From assembly GCF_037042905.1 (NCBI RefSeq), contig NC_087251.1:31932001-31996000 (forward strand): DNA of 64,000 bases, in the 5' to 3' direction. This document shows positions 22,901 through 35,297 of the stretch, piece by piece. Position 1 is the first letter of the stretch. Each line of letters opens with the position of its first letter. The position numbers and the translations under genes were made by a program. A model generated the notes under the pieces. It saw only the letters and a program-made list of their open reading frames with translations, searched no databases and was not told where the DNA came from. The stretch comes from Lytechinus pictus (Eukaryota).

Positions 22901-25900
22901 ATATTATTATATATATAACAAACTATATTTTGTTACTTTATAATACCACTGAAGCCAATACGTGAAACGTTTATATATATATAGAGAGAGATAGAAAGAG
23001 AGAGAGAGAGGGGGCCTAATACATTACTATTTCAAGTTCTCCTTCGTATTGCTTCACTTATTCATTTCCTGGTTTATTCATTTATTCGTTCATGTTTGTG
23101 CTGTTTTGGGAAAAACTGTTGTCTATTAATTGACACGATAGGCCTACCCGGAGAGGGGGCAGTATACCCTGACGTAAAGTTTATGATAATTAAAGCAGAA
23201 ACTAGAAAAAAATATTCTTAAAGGTTTGCTGAAAATATATTTTTTAATTGCCACGCATTTTGGTTAAGAAGTTCGCTATTCTCTAATCAAATATTTCCAT
23301 TCTCACACTTTAATTAGTGTTTATTATATCAAATTGTATTCTACTCATTAATGTACTGAATGACTTGCTAAGATCAATTGTAATGTCACTTTCACCTGCC
23401 CAGTAACCTGCACAATCAAGGTACTAATGGATAATTTGTTTTTCTGTTCCAATCATGAAGAAGCGAAAACGAAAATCAGCCCCTTAGTTTGGGGTTTTTG
23501 AAAACACAAAAACGAAATCACAACGAGAATAACGTGTTGTGATTTGGTTTTTGTATATCAAAAAACAGAAAAATTAAATTAGAAAAACTGTTGTGCTTTA
23601 TCTGATTTCTCATTCTAAATTTGTGTTTTTATATATATATAAAAAAAACAATATCAGAACATGCCACGACTCGTGACCTCACTATGTCAACTAAGTATAT
23701 GTATGATGCAACTGCATGAAAAACAGCGCCTATAGAATTGTGGGATGTCGCCTAGCAACAGGATACTATGTTAGTGGTAATTAAACTACATGTAAATCGA
23801 TGTAAAATATTGATATTTACAGATGAATCAAACATGACCAAGCAATATCATTTTGGTTATATATCCTAAATATAATGCTAATCAAATAAAGCTAATTTCT
23901 TACCCTCCAGAAACTATTGAACGAAACTGACAAGGTAACAAATGTCACTTAAACACAACAGTCATATCATTTCGTCTTCAAGAAATATAATTTTACAAAC
24001 AAAGAAGTTTATGAAGCATGATCTGATTATTGAATCAAGAATTATGTAAATCTCAAATATAGAGAAAAAAAAAATATCCACGCAAATCATGTTCGATAAA
24101 CGATCAAGCAGGGCACTGGGAACGATTTTTAGTAGGGGGTGCTGTGGGTTTTGTTTGAAAAAAATGGCAAAAAAGAAGAAAAAATATTACACTCCAAGAT
24201 GATGGGGATTTTGGTAAAAATTATTGCTCCCTAATAAAAAAGAATTACAATCGATTATAGACCTATAATTTTATGTTCCCATCAATTCAAAGAACACAAC
24301 GGTTCAAGGAAAACGTCAATTATACTAAAATCATTTAAAATGCATTATTATCCTTTGTAATGGATCAAATTTAACAAGGAAAGTTAAGTTTTGAACAAGA
24401 TGCCCCCCCCTCCTCTCTCACTCCTACACGTCAGCAGTGTTTAAAACATAACCTTTTCGTGTCGATATATATCAACAAAATTCATCTCGAACTTCGATTG
24501 CATTCGCATCCTATTTTCAAGTGTGAAAAAAATCAGCTCGCGCTCCTCTTTCATATCCTGTTCATGCGTCACTGTAAAGTCCTTTTCCCATTTTCAGTTC
24601 AGTAATTAAAATATTAAGTAAACGTTTGTTGTTTAGGGTTAATAAGAGCTTGGTGTGCTCCATTCATAGCTTTTAACACATGGATTATAATTATTTTTTT
24701 TTTCACAGTTAGCGTTCTCGTTTAGTTCGGCCGTATAGTCATGGTAGGCCTATCTTGTTGGTAAATATTAAAGTAAAATGTACATAAACTTCCATATCAC
24801 AACCCCCCCCCCCCCAAAAAAAAAACACTTACCTTTTCCTCTTTGAGTGGCCGACCAGGGATTTCATGAATGGCAATGTGTCCAACCGGCCTGTACGGCT
24901 GTACCCCCGCCCCTTTAAAAATACTGAACCCGTACTTCTGTGTATATTTTTTTCTGACCAGACAGACATATGCGCCACCAACTGTCTTCTCAAATTTGCC
25001 CCCCTCCCCCCGCTACGAAATCTCGGATCTGGGGAACACATTAAACTCCTGAAATAAAATATCACAGATAAGGAAATAGTAGAATAATTCGTGCATGAAA
25101 ATAAATTATAAGAACACATTGAGACACTTTTCCGAAATTATTAAATCTTTTAATAAAATCGGGGGCGAGGGTGTATGAATTAGTAAATAAATGAATACCA
25201 TATAGGCGAAGAAAAAAAATGCAATATTTAGATGGTGAATTAATGAAATGACGATCGATCAATAAATGTTTTTTTTTAAATAATTTGTTGATGCGATATG
25301 CCGTTATTTCAGGCCTACTACCATGTATACCAGCAAACAATCGAAATCCATCATTTTTAAAACCATGCTATCAAATACAATTACAAACAATCTTCAAGTG
25401 GATTTATTAAAATGAAAGCAGGATGAGAAAATAATTTAAGTTGATAGGTTAATTAGCTGAAGAAATACTGGAATATCAATGAACGGTATTAGTAAGCTTT
25501 AAAAAAAAATAAAAGATTAATAAATTGATATTTAGGTAAAAGAGAAAACGTACTTAACGTACTTAGATAATATAGATAATGATAGGCCTATCCCCAATTG
25601 TGGGGGCCGGGGGGGGGGGGGGGGATAAGTCTCAGTAAAATATAGATTAAGTTAATTTTAGCGTAGATATCCCTCAAGCAATAATAAAATTGACCAAAAG
25701 AAAATTAATACATTTTTCCCGAATGAATATGCCTATTCGTTTTCTTTTCTGAACTTAAATGGATGAAAAGTGGGGAAGCGGGGGGGGGGGGGGGATTTAT
25801 GAAAGGAATGAAAAAATACAAATTGATAATACGCAGGATGCCAGATGAATGATTCAATATTGAATAAGAGAAAAAAGCCGATTTGAAAAAAATGTATATT

Positions 25901-28900
25901 GACTTCTTACATCCAGGTGATTATAAATAGATTATGATACATGAATGAATAAATGGATTCATTCGCAGCATTACGTCAAGTGAAAGGTTGGGGGAAATTA
26001 TACAAGAGCTATATAATTTAATCATTAATGACACCTCTCTCCCCGCAAAAAAATAATTCAAATGAAATGCTGAATAAAACGAGGTTATCAAATAACTAGC
26101 AAATACAAATTACGATGGATAATGGAACAAAAATAACAACATAATATAGGCCTAACGTTACATCGAAAACACTCCAAAAAATTAGCAAATGAATGAATCA
26201 TTCACGGATTTATCAAAAGTTATTCAGAGAGCAGATCTTTAAAAGAAAATATTAGCAACACGAGGGCGGCGTCAGGTTGTGAGGGGCCTGGTTGATTTTT
26301 CTCTGAAAACTGGAAGGATAACATCATGCCTAAAACAAGTCGCCCATATGGATCCTACTCCATTGTCATGCAGAGTTTTAATACTCACTTCTTTATTATT
26401 CCCCTTGTTTTTTTTTTATAAATTGGAGCCCCCCGGGCCCCGTACAGCGCCGCGCATGATATCACTCACCGGGGAATCAAGACCCACGACCACGCTATTT
26501 TCCATGATATAACAAGTGTAAGGGGCCTCGATAACGAGTATACTATAGCCGTCATCCGAGCCCCACACACGGCGAATGCTTGGACAAGCGCATTGGACAT
26601 CACAAAAAAACTGAAAACAAATAAATTAAATGATTAATGAATAAATATACATATAAATACATTAATTAATCAATATGAATACATTAATTAATCAATTATA
26701 ATAGATTGAAATAAGTGAACTTCCACACATAAAATAATTAAAAACGAATGATACCTCTTACTCTCTCTATCACAAAAGAAAAAAAAACTGAAAACAAATA
26801 AAATAAATGATTAATTAAGCAATTAAAATAGATTGAAATAAATGATACCTCTGACTCTCTATATCACAAAAGAAAAATAAACCGAAAACAAATAAATCAA
26901 ATGAATAAGATACATTGATTAATCAATATAAATAGATTGATAAATATAGATTAATAATATTGTATTAATATATAAGTAAATCGACAAATAAATTTCTGAA
27001 GAAGTAAATACATACACATTTTATTAGTATCTCTCCTTGTTTATTTGGAAAATAAATTGGAGGCCCTCCCCCCCCCCCCCCCCCCCACTCCAGCGCCGCC
27101 CATGATAATTTTCACCGGCCGGGGAAACAAGCCCCACGACCACGTTATTTTCCATGATATAACAGTGCAAGGGGCCTCGATAACGAATATACTAATAGCC
27201 GTCATCCGAGCCCCACGCACGTGCGAATGCTGGGAAAAGCGCATTGGACGGGGCCAGTTTCGCGATTATCTTAGGATGCAAGCTTAATAATATACTCGTG
27301 ATATAGGCCCCGCTACTGTGTTGGAGTGCCTGAAGTGCCGTAGTGCGGGGCCTATATAACGATTATAGTATTATACTCGTGAAACAGGCCCCGCGAACGG
27401 ACATTCTGAGCCATTCAACACAGCAGCGGGGCCTATATCACGAGTATATATAGTGAGCTGAAGTTAGCAACCTAGATATTGAGGTATGATCGATTACAAG
27501 TTTTTCTCGAGCGGGGCCTATATCACGAGTATGCCCTGTAGTGTTATCAAAAGGGAACTTCTCACAAAAAGTAAAAAATTGGCCAAGCCCAAGGCCAAGC
27601 CGAAGCGATGGTTTGACGTCTTTGTCGATGTCCTTTGAGGAAAATCCTGAAACTTTCAACTCAACAAGTCCACCTCAGAAAAATGTTGATTTGAATTAAT
27701 AGAGAAAAACCAAAATAGCATAGGGCCTAGGCCTAACGCTGAAAATTTCATCAAATTGGATGTAAAATAAGAAAGTTATGACATTTTAAAATTTCGCTTA
27801 TTTTTCACAAAACGGTGATATGCACAACTCAGCTCAGTGACATGCAAAGGAGATGGACGATGGTGTCTTTCTATTGTTTGAATTATACAATATTTCATTT
27901 TTTTTTACAGATTCGACAATAAGGACCAACTTGACTAAACCATATATTAAACCATGTTAATCCAAATGTTCATAGAGGAATTAATCATTATTTTAATGGA
28001 AAATGAGGAGAAAATTAGAATATTTCATACAATAAAATACATGAAAAGAAATAGTGAGTGGATATGGATGACATCATCAGTCTCCTCATTTGCACGTGCA
28101 TCATTTAACTGTTTAGTGAAATTAAGCGAAACTTTGAAATGTCATAAATTTCTTATTTTACATCCGATTTTGATGATATTTTCAATGTTATGCTTGTTTG
28201 ATTTTTCTCTTTTTATTCAAATCAACTTTTTTGGGGGTTAATAAAAAAAAAGTTATTAAAATTTTAATTTTTGATTTGTGACATCATAGGCAAGCAGCTT
28301 TCCTTAGATGTTTTAAAGTAAAAATTCAATGAAATGTAATTTCTCAGAAAATTAATAATGTTATTTATTGTACGGTACCTCTGTATGTTTATAATAGACA
28401 AATCATTTCACATGGCATGCACTCTTAAAAGGAAAAAAATGTCATGAACCCACCCATTCAATGAACAAGGTTATGATGCATGAACCATTGAAAATTTAAA
28501 TTTATATATTTTATATTACATCTACAAATGGGACAGCTGCTCGTATATGAAATCACAAATTATAATTCTGAAATTCTAATAACTTTCTTAATCTCTAATG
28601 GATTTTCCTCAAACCTTCAGCAATATTTTAAAATGATTTTTTTTGCTTTTTTTTACAACAAACTTTTGTCAGGGTGAACTTTTCCTTAAGTCCGGCTCTG
28701 GATTCGTGCTTGTCATGCACTCTTTCGAATTTCCGACAGAGCTCAGAGGATTGGTCCATCTGCATTGCGCAATCTCGCGATGTGATGTGATGAATTAGCA
28801 ATTTGGACAGTAAAGAGGTGCCGGTCTGAAAATGAGGAATATTCTAACTGTTAAAAAATTTTAGAAACAAGGATATCCTCATAAAGACAAATTATGTCTT

Positions 28901-31900
28901 GATAAATTTAGTTTGTCCTTTTTTATGAGGATTTTTTTTTACCCACCCATGCAGGACAATTACAGGAATTGCGATTGCTAAAATTCTAGATTCTGTGACT
29001 TACAATCCCAGCTTCCAAACCCATTTCATTGTCTGTTTATTATGACTTACTGTTTTTGTTGCGACAGTCTTGTTATGAAACCTGATATGTCTAAAATGAC
29101 TAGCACACATTAGTGCCGGCCAGGTGTTAGCAGTTAACAGATGAATGAACTTTATAGACTTTTTGTGGAGAAATCTTTACAAGACGGTCCTTGTAAAGAG
29201 GGACATTCTTCATTTTCAGACCTGTACATCTACTTAATTGAAGCAATTCTTAATTCTGTCTGGTAGAATTTTTATCTTCTGACTTACATTCCATTAGGGG
29301 AAGTGATTTTCTGTTTAAAAATGCCTTTTCCATTTCTGAAAAGCTGTAAATCAATCTCAAACTTAATTTAAAATAGAAATTCTGTTTTTTGCCATAGAAT
29401 TTGTACGCAGCAAAAATATGAATTGCATTTTGTAAAGGCAAATTTATTTAATTTTCACATGAAATAATCAAATGGATTTTCCAGTTTTATTTAGATACTA
29501 TAGGTAAATAGAAATTATGAAAATGTCACTATTCACTACATGAATGGATTTTAGTCTTGCCATGTTTTAACATACCGTAGGCGAATCCATTTGTATGAGA
29601 TTATATTATCATACGAGTATTAAAATAGGGTCTACCATAGACATGGTTCTAACAAATGTTAGTAATCAATAAAACCTTGCAAAATTGAACAATATAATAT
29701 GTTACAACATCTATTTGTTCAACCCATCTCATCATGTTCTGTACTTCAATAATGTATATATTTTTATTATCATTATATAGGAGAGCAAATTCCAGTAGTT
29801 ACTGAGACACCAGTTGTTGCACAAGAACCTGCTGTAAGTACTCAGAAACTTTGTATTTCCTGTTCTCAAATATGTTTTTCATGAGGTTTTATAAACATTG
29901 ATATTATTAAAGACAATAAATTAGGTTATGATTTTATTTTTTTAGAGAGAGACTAGTATGTTTTGAGAGGAAGAAGTACTTGTTTTGCTACTTGGTATTT
30001 GGTAACATTATTATTGCAGTATGAATGTATCGAAGTGGCCCTAAATACAATACTCTACTGCTCAAAATGTTGCATTATGGGTAAGGAATCTTGCCAGATA
30101 TAAGAAGTTGAGGACTTGAGGTACTAAGATAGTAAGGCTGCTGCCCATTAAAGTACTATTTAATTTTGAATTCAGAGTCTGCTGATCAAAGGTCACAGCT
30201 TATGTGAATATGTGACCTGTAACTTAAATTTGAAATGCTTAGCTTTGGCCCCTCACATGTACCGTAAGGTCACAGCTTATGTGAATATGCGCCCTGTAAC
30301 TTAAATTTGAAATGCCTAGCTTTGGCCCCGTCCATGTAGTATTCATTTAAGTATAAGGTTTGTTGGCTGCTACTGAAGTGGAGTTGAAAGAATTTTTTTT
30401 ATTTATTATTATTATTCTTCTTTTTTTGGGGGGATGTATTGTATTGTATTGAGCTTTGAGGAATATTGCATCTCACTCACAAAGGGCTTGACTAGACTAG
30501 TACTGTCAGTATCTGCAGTCTCTGATGATGGATGTGAAATCTATGATTAGATCGCTCTGAGTATTCTGAAATTATTTTCTCCTCGCATTTCAGATTGTAG
30601 CACCAGTAGAAAACCCGCACGCTGAACATGGACTGACTGAAAATGTACAGAAGATAATTTCAAATGAGAAGGCCGAGGCAGAGAAGCAGAGCAGACCCAA
30701 AGTTGACCTCCAATCTTTAACAACCAGAAGTTACCTCGATCACACTGTAGTACCCATTCTCCTCCAAGCAATGTCAGCATTGGCTAAAGAGAGGTATGTT
30801 TATATCGTAGATCGATCACATAATACCACTTCTCTTGTCTCTCATTGTATGAATGAAGAAAATATTTGGGGTTGTTTAAAAAAACATTTGGTTGCATGTT
30901 TGTGTTGTATAGCAAGAGAGTTGACCCCACCCTATGCTCACACTCTTTATTGATATATTTTTATGCTATTTTATTAATTGCTATTTGAAGTTGTCAATGC
31001 TGCTTTAGTGTATGTTGCATGTTTAAGTTTTGCACTAAAGGTCTACTTAAATCTATTCATTTTTTACCTGAAGCTATTTCATATTTTCTGTTCATTGGAT
31101 GTACATGTAAATGTTGGTAGATACACATGCAAGTGTGACCTGCAACCTGCAAAATTCAGTGATATGTTGCATGATACATAGAGAGTGCAAAAAAAATCAT
31201 TAGAGGGGGGTGAGTTTATTCTCATATCTTTTGATAGAAATTATTAGTTTTAATTTAATTCTTTCCTTTTGAGTCATTTACAAAAGATCAGTGTTTATAG
31301 GATCTTGTAATGTTTGGATAATTTGGAAATTTGAGGACTTTGATTTGTTGGTAGTCCAGGGCCCAGTTGCATAAAAGTTAGTATTGTGGTAACTTTGCCA
31401 TCCAATGGTATATGTTTCATGAATCCTTTTTATTGATTGGCTGATGAACATTGTTACCATGGCAATTTCCGTTTTATGGCAAAGTTACCATAATAGTAAC
31501 TTTTATGCAACGGGCCCTGAATTGTCAATTCTGCCTGCCTTGGCTGGAAACTTTGGAATGTTGTGAAAGTCATTTGATTTAAATATTGTTTTTATTTAGT
31601 CTGTTTGCTAGTTATTGGACTTAAACCCCCTTTTGAGTTTTCAAATGATGAAAATAAAAGAATGGGAGGGGGTGGGGAGGGGTGAGAAGAAAAAGGGGAA
31701 GGAGATGTATTGAAAATAGAGTGCTTGTTGGTGGGTGGTTTGAGAGACTTTATTCCCACCACTAGAGTTGGATTAAATTGTTTGTTTTATTGAGGAAAAA
31801 TCAACTGAATACACCTTTATGTCATATCAAAGCACCAAAGTATGTGATGAAACTTATTTTGCTGTATTCTATTTAACTAATACATGCAAAACTTAAAACA

Positions 31901-32171
31901 CTTAAAATTAAGTGAGTCATTGTCGACATTAGCATTCTTTTCTTTTGTATTTTACTATTGTATCTGTTTTTCCATAACTGTGAACAACTGTACATGGACT
32001 TATATTATAACAGAGTACACTTTTACTTAGATATTTGATTGAATTTTGACAATGTTTATATGATGGTAAATTGTATTGTTCCTTCTTTCTTTTTTTGTTG
32101 ACAGACCGCCAAATCCCATCGAGTACCTAGCAGCCTACCTCTTGAAGAATAAGGACCAGTTTGAAAATTAG
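19928..32171 (+). CDS. DPY30: Protein dpy-30 homolog (COMPASS/SET1-MLL H3K4 methyltransferase subunit), 109 aa; exons 19928-19937, 29781-29833, 30594-30793, 32105-32171
   Basis: Spliced translation [109 protein letters not shown] carries the DPY30 signature ([23 protein letters not shown]...KERPPNPIEFLASYLLKNK). All introns are GT-AG with consistent phases (330 nt in total). Exons 1-2 are less certain than exons 3-4. Confidence 0.95.
20990..21840. repeat. AT-rich minisatellite (about 150-170 bp unit, about 6 copies) in the inner TIR domain
   Basis: tgtgatatagagagtcagaggtatcattcgtttttaatt...atgtgtggaagttc recurs at about 21017, 21112, 21283, 21441, 21613 and 21756. Confidence 0.85.
22192..22776. 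mobile_element. TTAA MITE (family of 422-997) nested inside the foldback element
   Basis: aggtcaagttcaccccagaaaa ... gggtggacttgtcct|ttaa. Confidence 0.8.
27664..28238. mobile_element. TTAA MITE family copy (ends degraded)
   Basis: caagtccacctcagaaaaatgttgatttgaa ... ttttattcaaatcaacttttttggggg; similar to 422-997 over its length. Confidence 0.7.
30189..30340. repeat. Tandem duplication of about 77 bp in DPY30 intron 2
   Basis: aaggtcacagcttatgtgaatatg...tgtaacttaaatttgaaatgc.tagctttggcccc occurs twice. Confidence 0.85.
31357..31519. mobile_element. Short palindromic MITE with central CCAAT (ATTGG) box
   Basis: CAGGGCCCAGTTGCATAAAAGTTA ... TAACTTTTATGCAACGGGCCCTG; centre gattggctga; relatives at about 40961-41074, 42944-43098, 45191-45319 and 51588-51710. 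Confidence 0.75.
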
Positions 32172-33032
32172 ACAACAATCAGCGATAATGATAGAACTCT
32201 GATAACTTGCTTTCATCTGCTAGATCATGCAGCAATACGGATTAATGTAGGACAAGGCAGTTGAGACAGGGCTCACCAATGTGGATCCTCACTCCACATA
32301 GGGAGATGACGGACGCCATTTGAGTGTTTAGTCAAGCGTGTTTGGAATGTGATTTTTTTAGCCATGTATTGATTAGATTCCACGATTTTCTGTGGTTGTT
32401 TTCTCTTTTTTGTTTTCTCAGTTAGTGCTAAAATTTAAGCATACCGGTAATACATTTTCAGATTCCAGTAGTCGAATGTGTGTGTTCTATTCTTTATCTT
32501 TCCTTTTTTTTGTGTCCTTGTCTATATATTGAAAATGATTATATTTGTGTAAAAAATTGTATTCCAGAGAAATCCAGATACTTATAAAGAAGTTTTATAT
32601 GTGTTGGAAATAGCAAGAGCTGTATGTCGTGACAATATTTCATTGTTAATAACTTTCTTGTCATTGATCACTGAAATTTGGTTCCTAGTTAGATATATGT
32701 AACCTTGTACACTATATATCCCTCATTCACACATTGTGCATATACAAAACAAATTAATATCAATTCAATTCTTTATACATTTTCAACCTCCTTTTTGGTA
32801 GCTTTTTCCATTGATGAGATTTTATTAAATATTTGTTCCTGTAGAAAGGATTTGTTTTTGTCTTCTTTGATCTTATGATGTCTCGATGTATTCAAGAGCG
32901 AGGAAGTGTGAAACGGGCATTCAAACCATGAAAGTAGCTTGCTCGTCTATGCTCGATATTCTGATAATGTTGTTGGAAAAGCGTTTCCTATGTCTTGCTT
33001 CTGCTATGCAGGCAAGACAACACTAATATTAA

Positions 33033-34150
33033 AGGGGAATGAAACCTTCAGAACAAGTAGGCTTGTGTCGAAACAGAAAAATCAAAGAATAAGAACAAAG
33101 AAAGTTTGAGAAAAATCTGACAAATAATGAGAAAGTTCTGAGCATTTGAATACTGCAATCACTATTGCTATGGAGATCCTCCCATTGGCAATGAGACAAG
33201 GATGTGTGATGTCACATGTGAACAACTTTCCCTTTGATGGACTATAAACTATGAAATACCCTCAAAATGTCTCTTTTTGCTTTTTCTTATGGTGATACAA
33301 ACCCCGGGGGGGCCACTTACATTGACGAGTGGATACCATGCGCGACCAAAAAAACACGTAAAAAGGATGTCTTTTTCACGATAGGGCACGTTACGTACGT
33401 AACGTGATAAGGGTGTCAAAAACATAAAAATAATGAAAAAAGGGTATCTTTTTCGCTAGGACAATTACGTGTTTAGGGTCGAATTTGTGGGGATGATAAA
33501 ACAAAATTAAAATGCTTTATAAAGGATGTCCTTTTTGCCCCAACACTTCGTGTTTAGAGTCCAATTTGCGCGAGGTGTAGAAGGTGGGGTCGTACTAAAC
33601 CAAACAAGGTAAAGCCGACGACCGAAGTACCCGTAACAATAAAACATTCCTGAACTTGTTTAGGGGTTCATTTCAGGGAATATTTGCCAACAGTATCGTT
33701 TTGTTTCCAATACTTGTTAAGGGTAGGGTTTCACACGCCAATACTTGTTAAGGGGTGCATTTTCAAAATATGGAAATTACGTGTTTAGGGTGCTTTTCGA
33801 GACCCCGTGGTCGCGCATGGTATCCACTCGTGAATGGAAGTGGCCCCCCCGGGATACAAACTCTTTATCAATGATGTAATCTTTACAAATCTGTATTACA
33901 TGCCCTCCTATAGAAAGAACACATGATCTACTGATAGATGTGATAAGAGGCAATTTTAGTGAAATATATACTAAAGTAATGGGGAGAGTTGTTCACAAGT
34001 GACATCATACATAGTGCCGCATTGCCAATTTGAGGATCTCCATAGCATTAGTGATCGCAATATTCAAATGCTCATAACTTTCTTATTATTTGTCTGATTT
34101 TTTTCAAACTTTCGTTTATCTGTTTCTTTGATTTGTCTGTTTTCACACAC
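33033..34150. mobile_element. TTAA MITE related to 48903-49684, interrupted by a CCCGGG MITE, right end truncated
   Basis: ttaa|aggggaatgaaacc start; shares gagcatttgaat...gatcctcccattggcaatg with the 48903 element; the mirrored arm ends at about 34150. Confidence 0.7.
33303..33853. mobile_element. About 550-bp MITE with CCCGGG termini and 8-bp TSD, copy 2
   Basis: TSD ATACAAAC (33295-302 and 33854-61); TIRs as in 14156-14708. Confidence 0.9.
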
Positions 34151-34159
34151 GCTGTTTTC

Positions 34160-35297
34160 TTTATATGATAGCACTAAGTGCGGGATTTACAACTTCTACA
34201 CATAATTTTGAAGCCCATTAAATATGCTAATTTATGCGCATTTTCCAAAATTTACAAAGAATGCTTCTTTTTTATTTGTTGACTTATTTTTTTTATTGCT
34301 TCCATCTGGTAGAGCTTCATGAAGTTCACCATACTTCTACACAGAATTTTGAAATTCTGACTAAAAAAATGTTTATGCTAATTTAGGCATATTTTTCAAA
34401 ATTCATATAAAATGCTGCTTCTTTATTTGTTGGCATCGTTTTATTTATTTTCTTCCATCTGGTAGAGCTTCATGAGGTTCACCAAACTTCTACACAGTAT
34501 TTCAAAATTTTGACTAGAAAAAATTTATGCTAATTTATGCATATTTTCAAAATTCACATAAAATGCTTTATTTGTTGACCGATTATGATTTTTTTCTTCC
34601 ATCTGGTAGAGCTGCATGAGGTTCACCAAACTTCTATACAAAATTTTGAGTATAAAGTTATTCATGCTAATTTATGCGAAATTTATTCATAAATCACAGA
34701 AAATGCCTCTTCTTTATTTGCTGACCGATTTTTATTTATTTTTTCTTCCATCTGGTAGAGTGCATAAGGTTCACCAAACTTGTACACATAATTTTGAAAT
34801 TTCGACTAGAAAGTTATGCTGATTTATGCAAAATTTATTCATAAATCACCCCAAAAAATGCTTTTTCTTCATTTGTTGATCAATTTCAATTTTATTTGCT
34901 TCATGATAGCTCTAGGTGGGGATACAAAATTTCTACACAGAAATTAATTAAATATGCTAATTTATGCATATTTTTCAAAACTCGCAAAAAATGCTTATTT
35001 GTTGACTGATTTTGATTTTTTTTGTTCCATCTGAGAGCTACATGAGGTTCACCAAGGTTCTACACAGAATTTAGAAATTTTGACTAGAAAAGTTTTCCTT
35101 ATTTTTTTCTACGAAATTTATTCATAAATAAAAAAAAAATGCTTCTTCTCTGTCATTTCTTCATCAATTTCAATCTGCTTCCTCAATTTATACCACCAAT
35201 ATAATTCACTACAGTGTCAACTGGCCTGAAATAAAAAATTGTGTTCAATTTCTTTGCGAGATGCCAAATGAGCTCCACATCATTGATGTGCTAGTTT
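34160..35297 (+). repeat. Tandem repeat array (about 145 bp, about 7 units) ending in a Helitron/HINE-like 3' end
   Basis: ttccatctggtagagc...ttcaccaaacttctacaca...tatgctaatttatgc units at about 34300, 34454, 34598, 34747 and 35026; terminal hairpin cacatcattgatgtg followed by CTAG|T. Confidence 0.75.

Larger units (their letters stand above)
20361..27535. mobile_element. Foldback/TU-like non-autonomous DNA transposon, 7175 bp, long terminal inverted repeats
   Basis: 8-bp TSD CTGTAGTG (20353-60 and 27536-43); termini GGCA...TGCC; inverted arms at about 20361-21290 and 26598-27535; modular TCGTGATATAGGCCCCGC repeats; no long ORF inside. Confidence 0.9.

Noticed and set aside
24870..25052. ORF containing CPTGLYG (EGF-like fragment) inside the foldback element, possible captured exon
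   Set aside because: Single short motif with no further cysteine pattern or convincing splice sites.
20609..27287. Paired ORFs [11 protein letters not shown]... and [11 protein letters not shown]... present twice
   Set aside because: They are a consequence of the inverted TIRs; no homology recognised and no splice or codon support.
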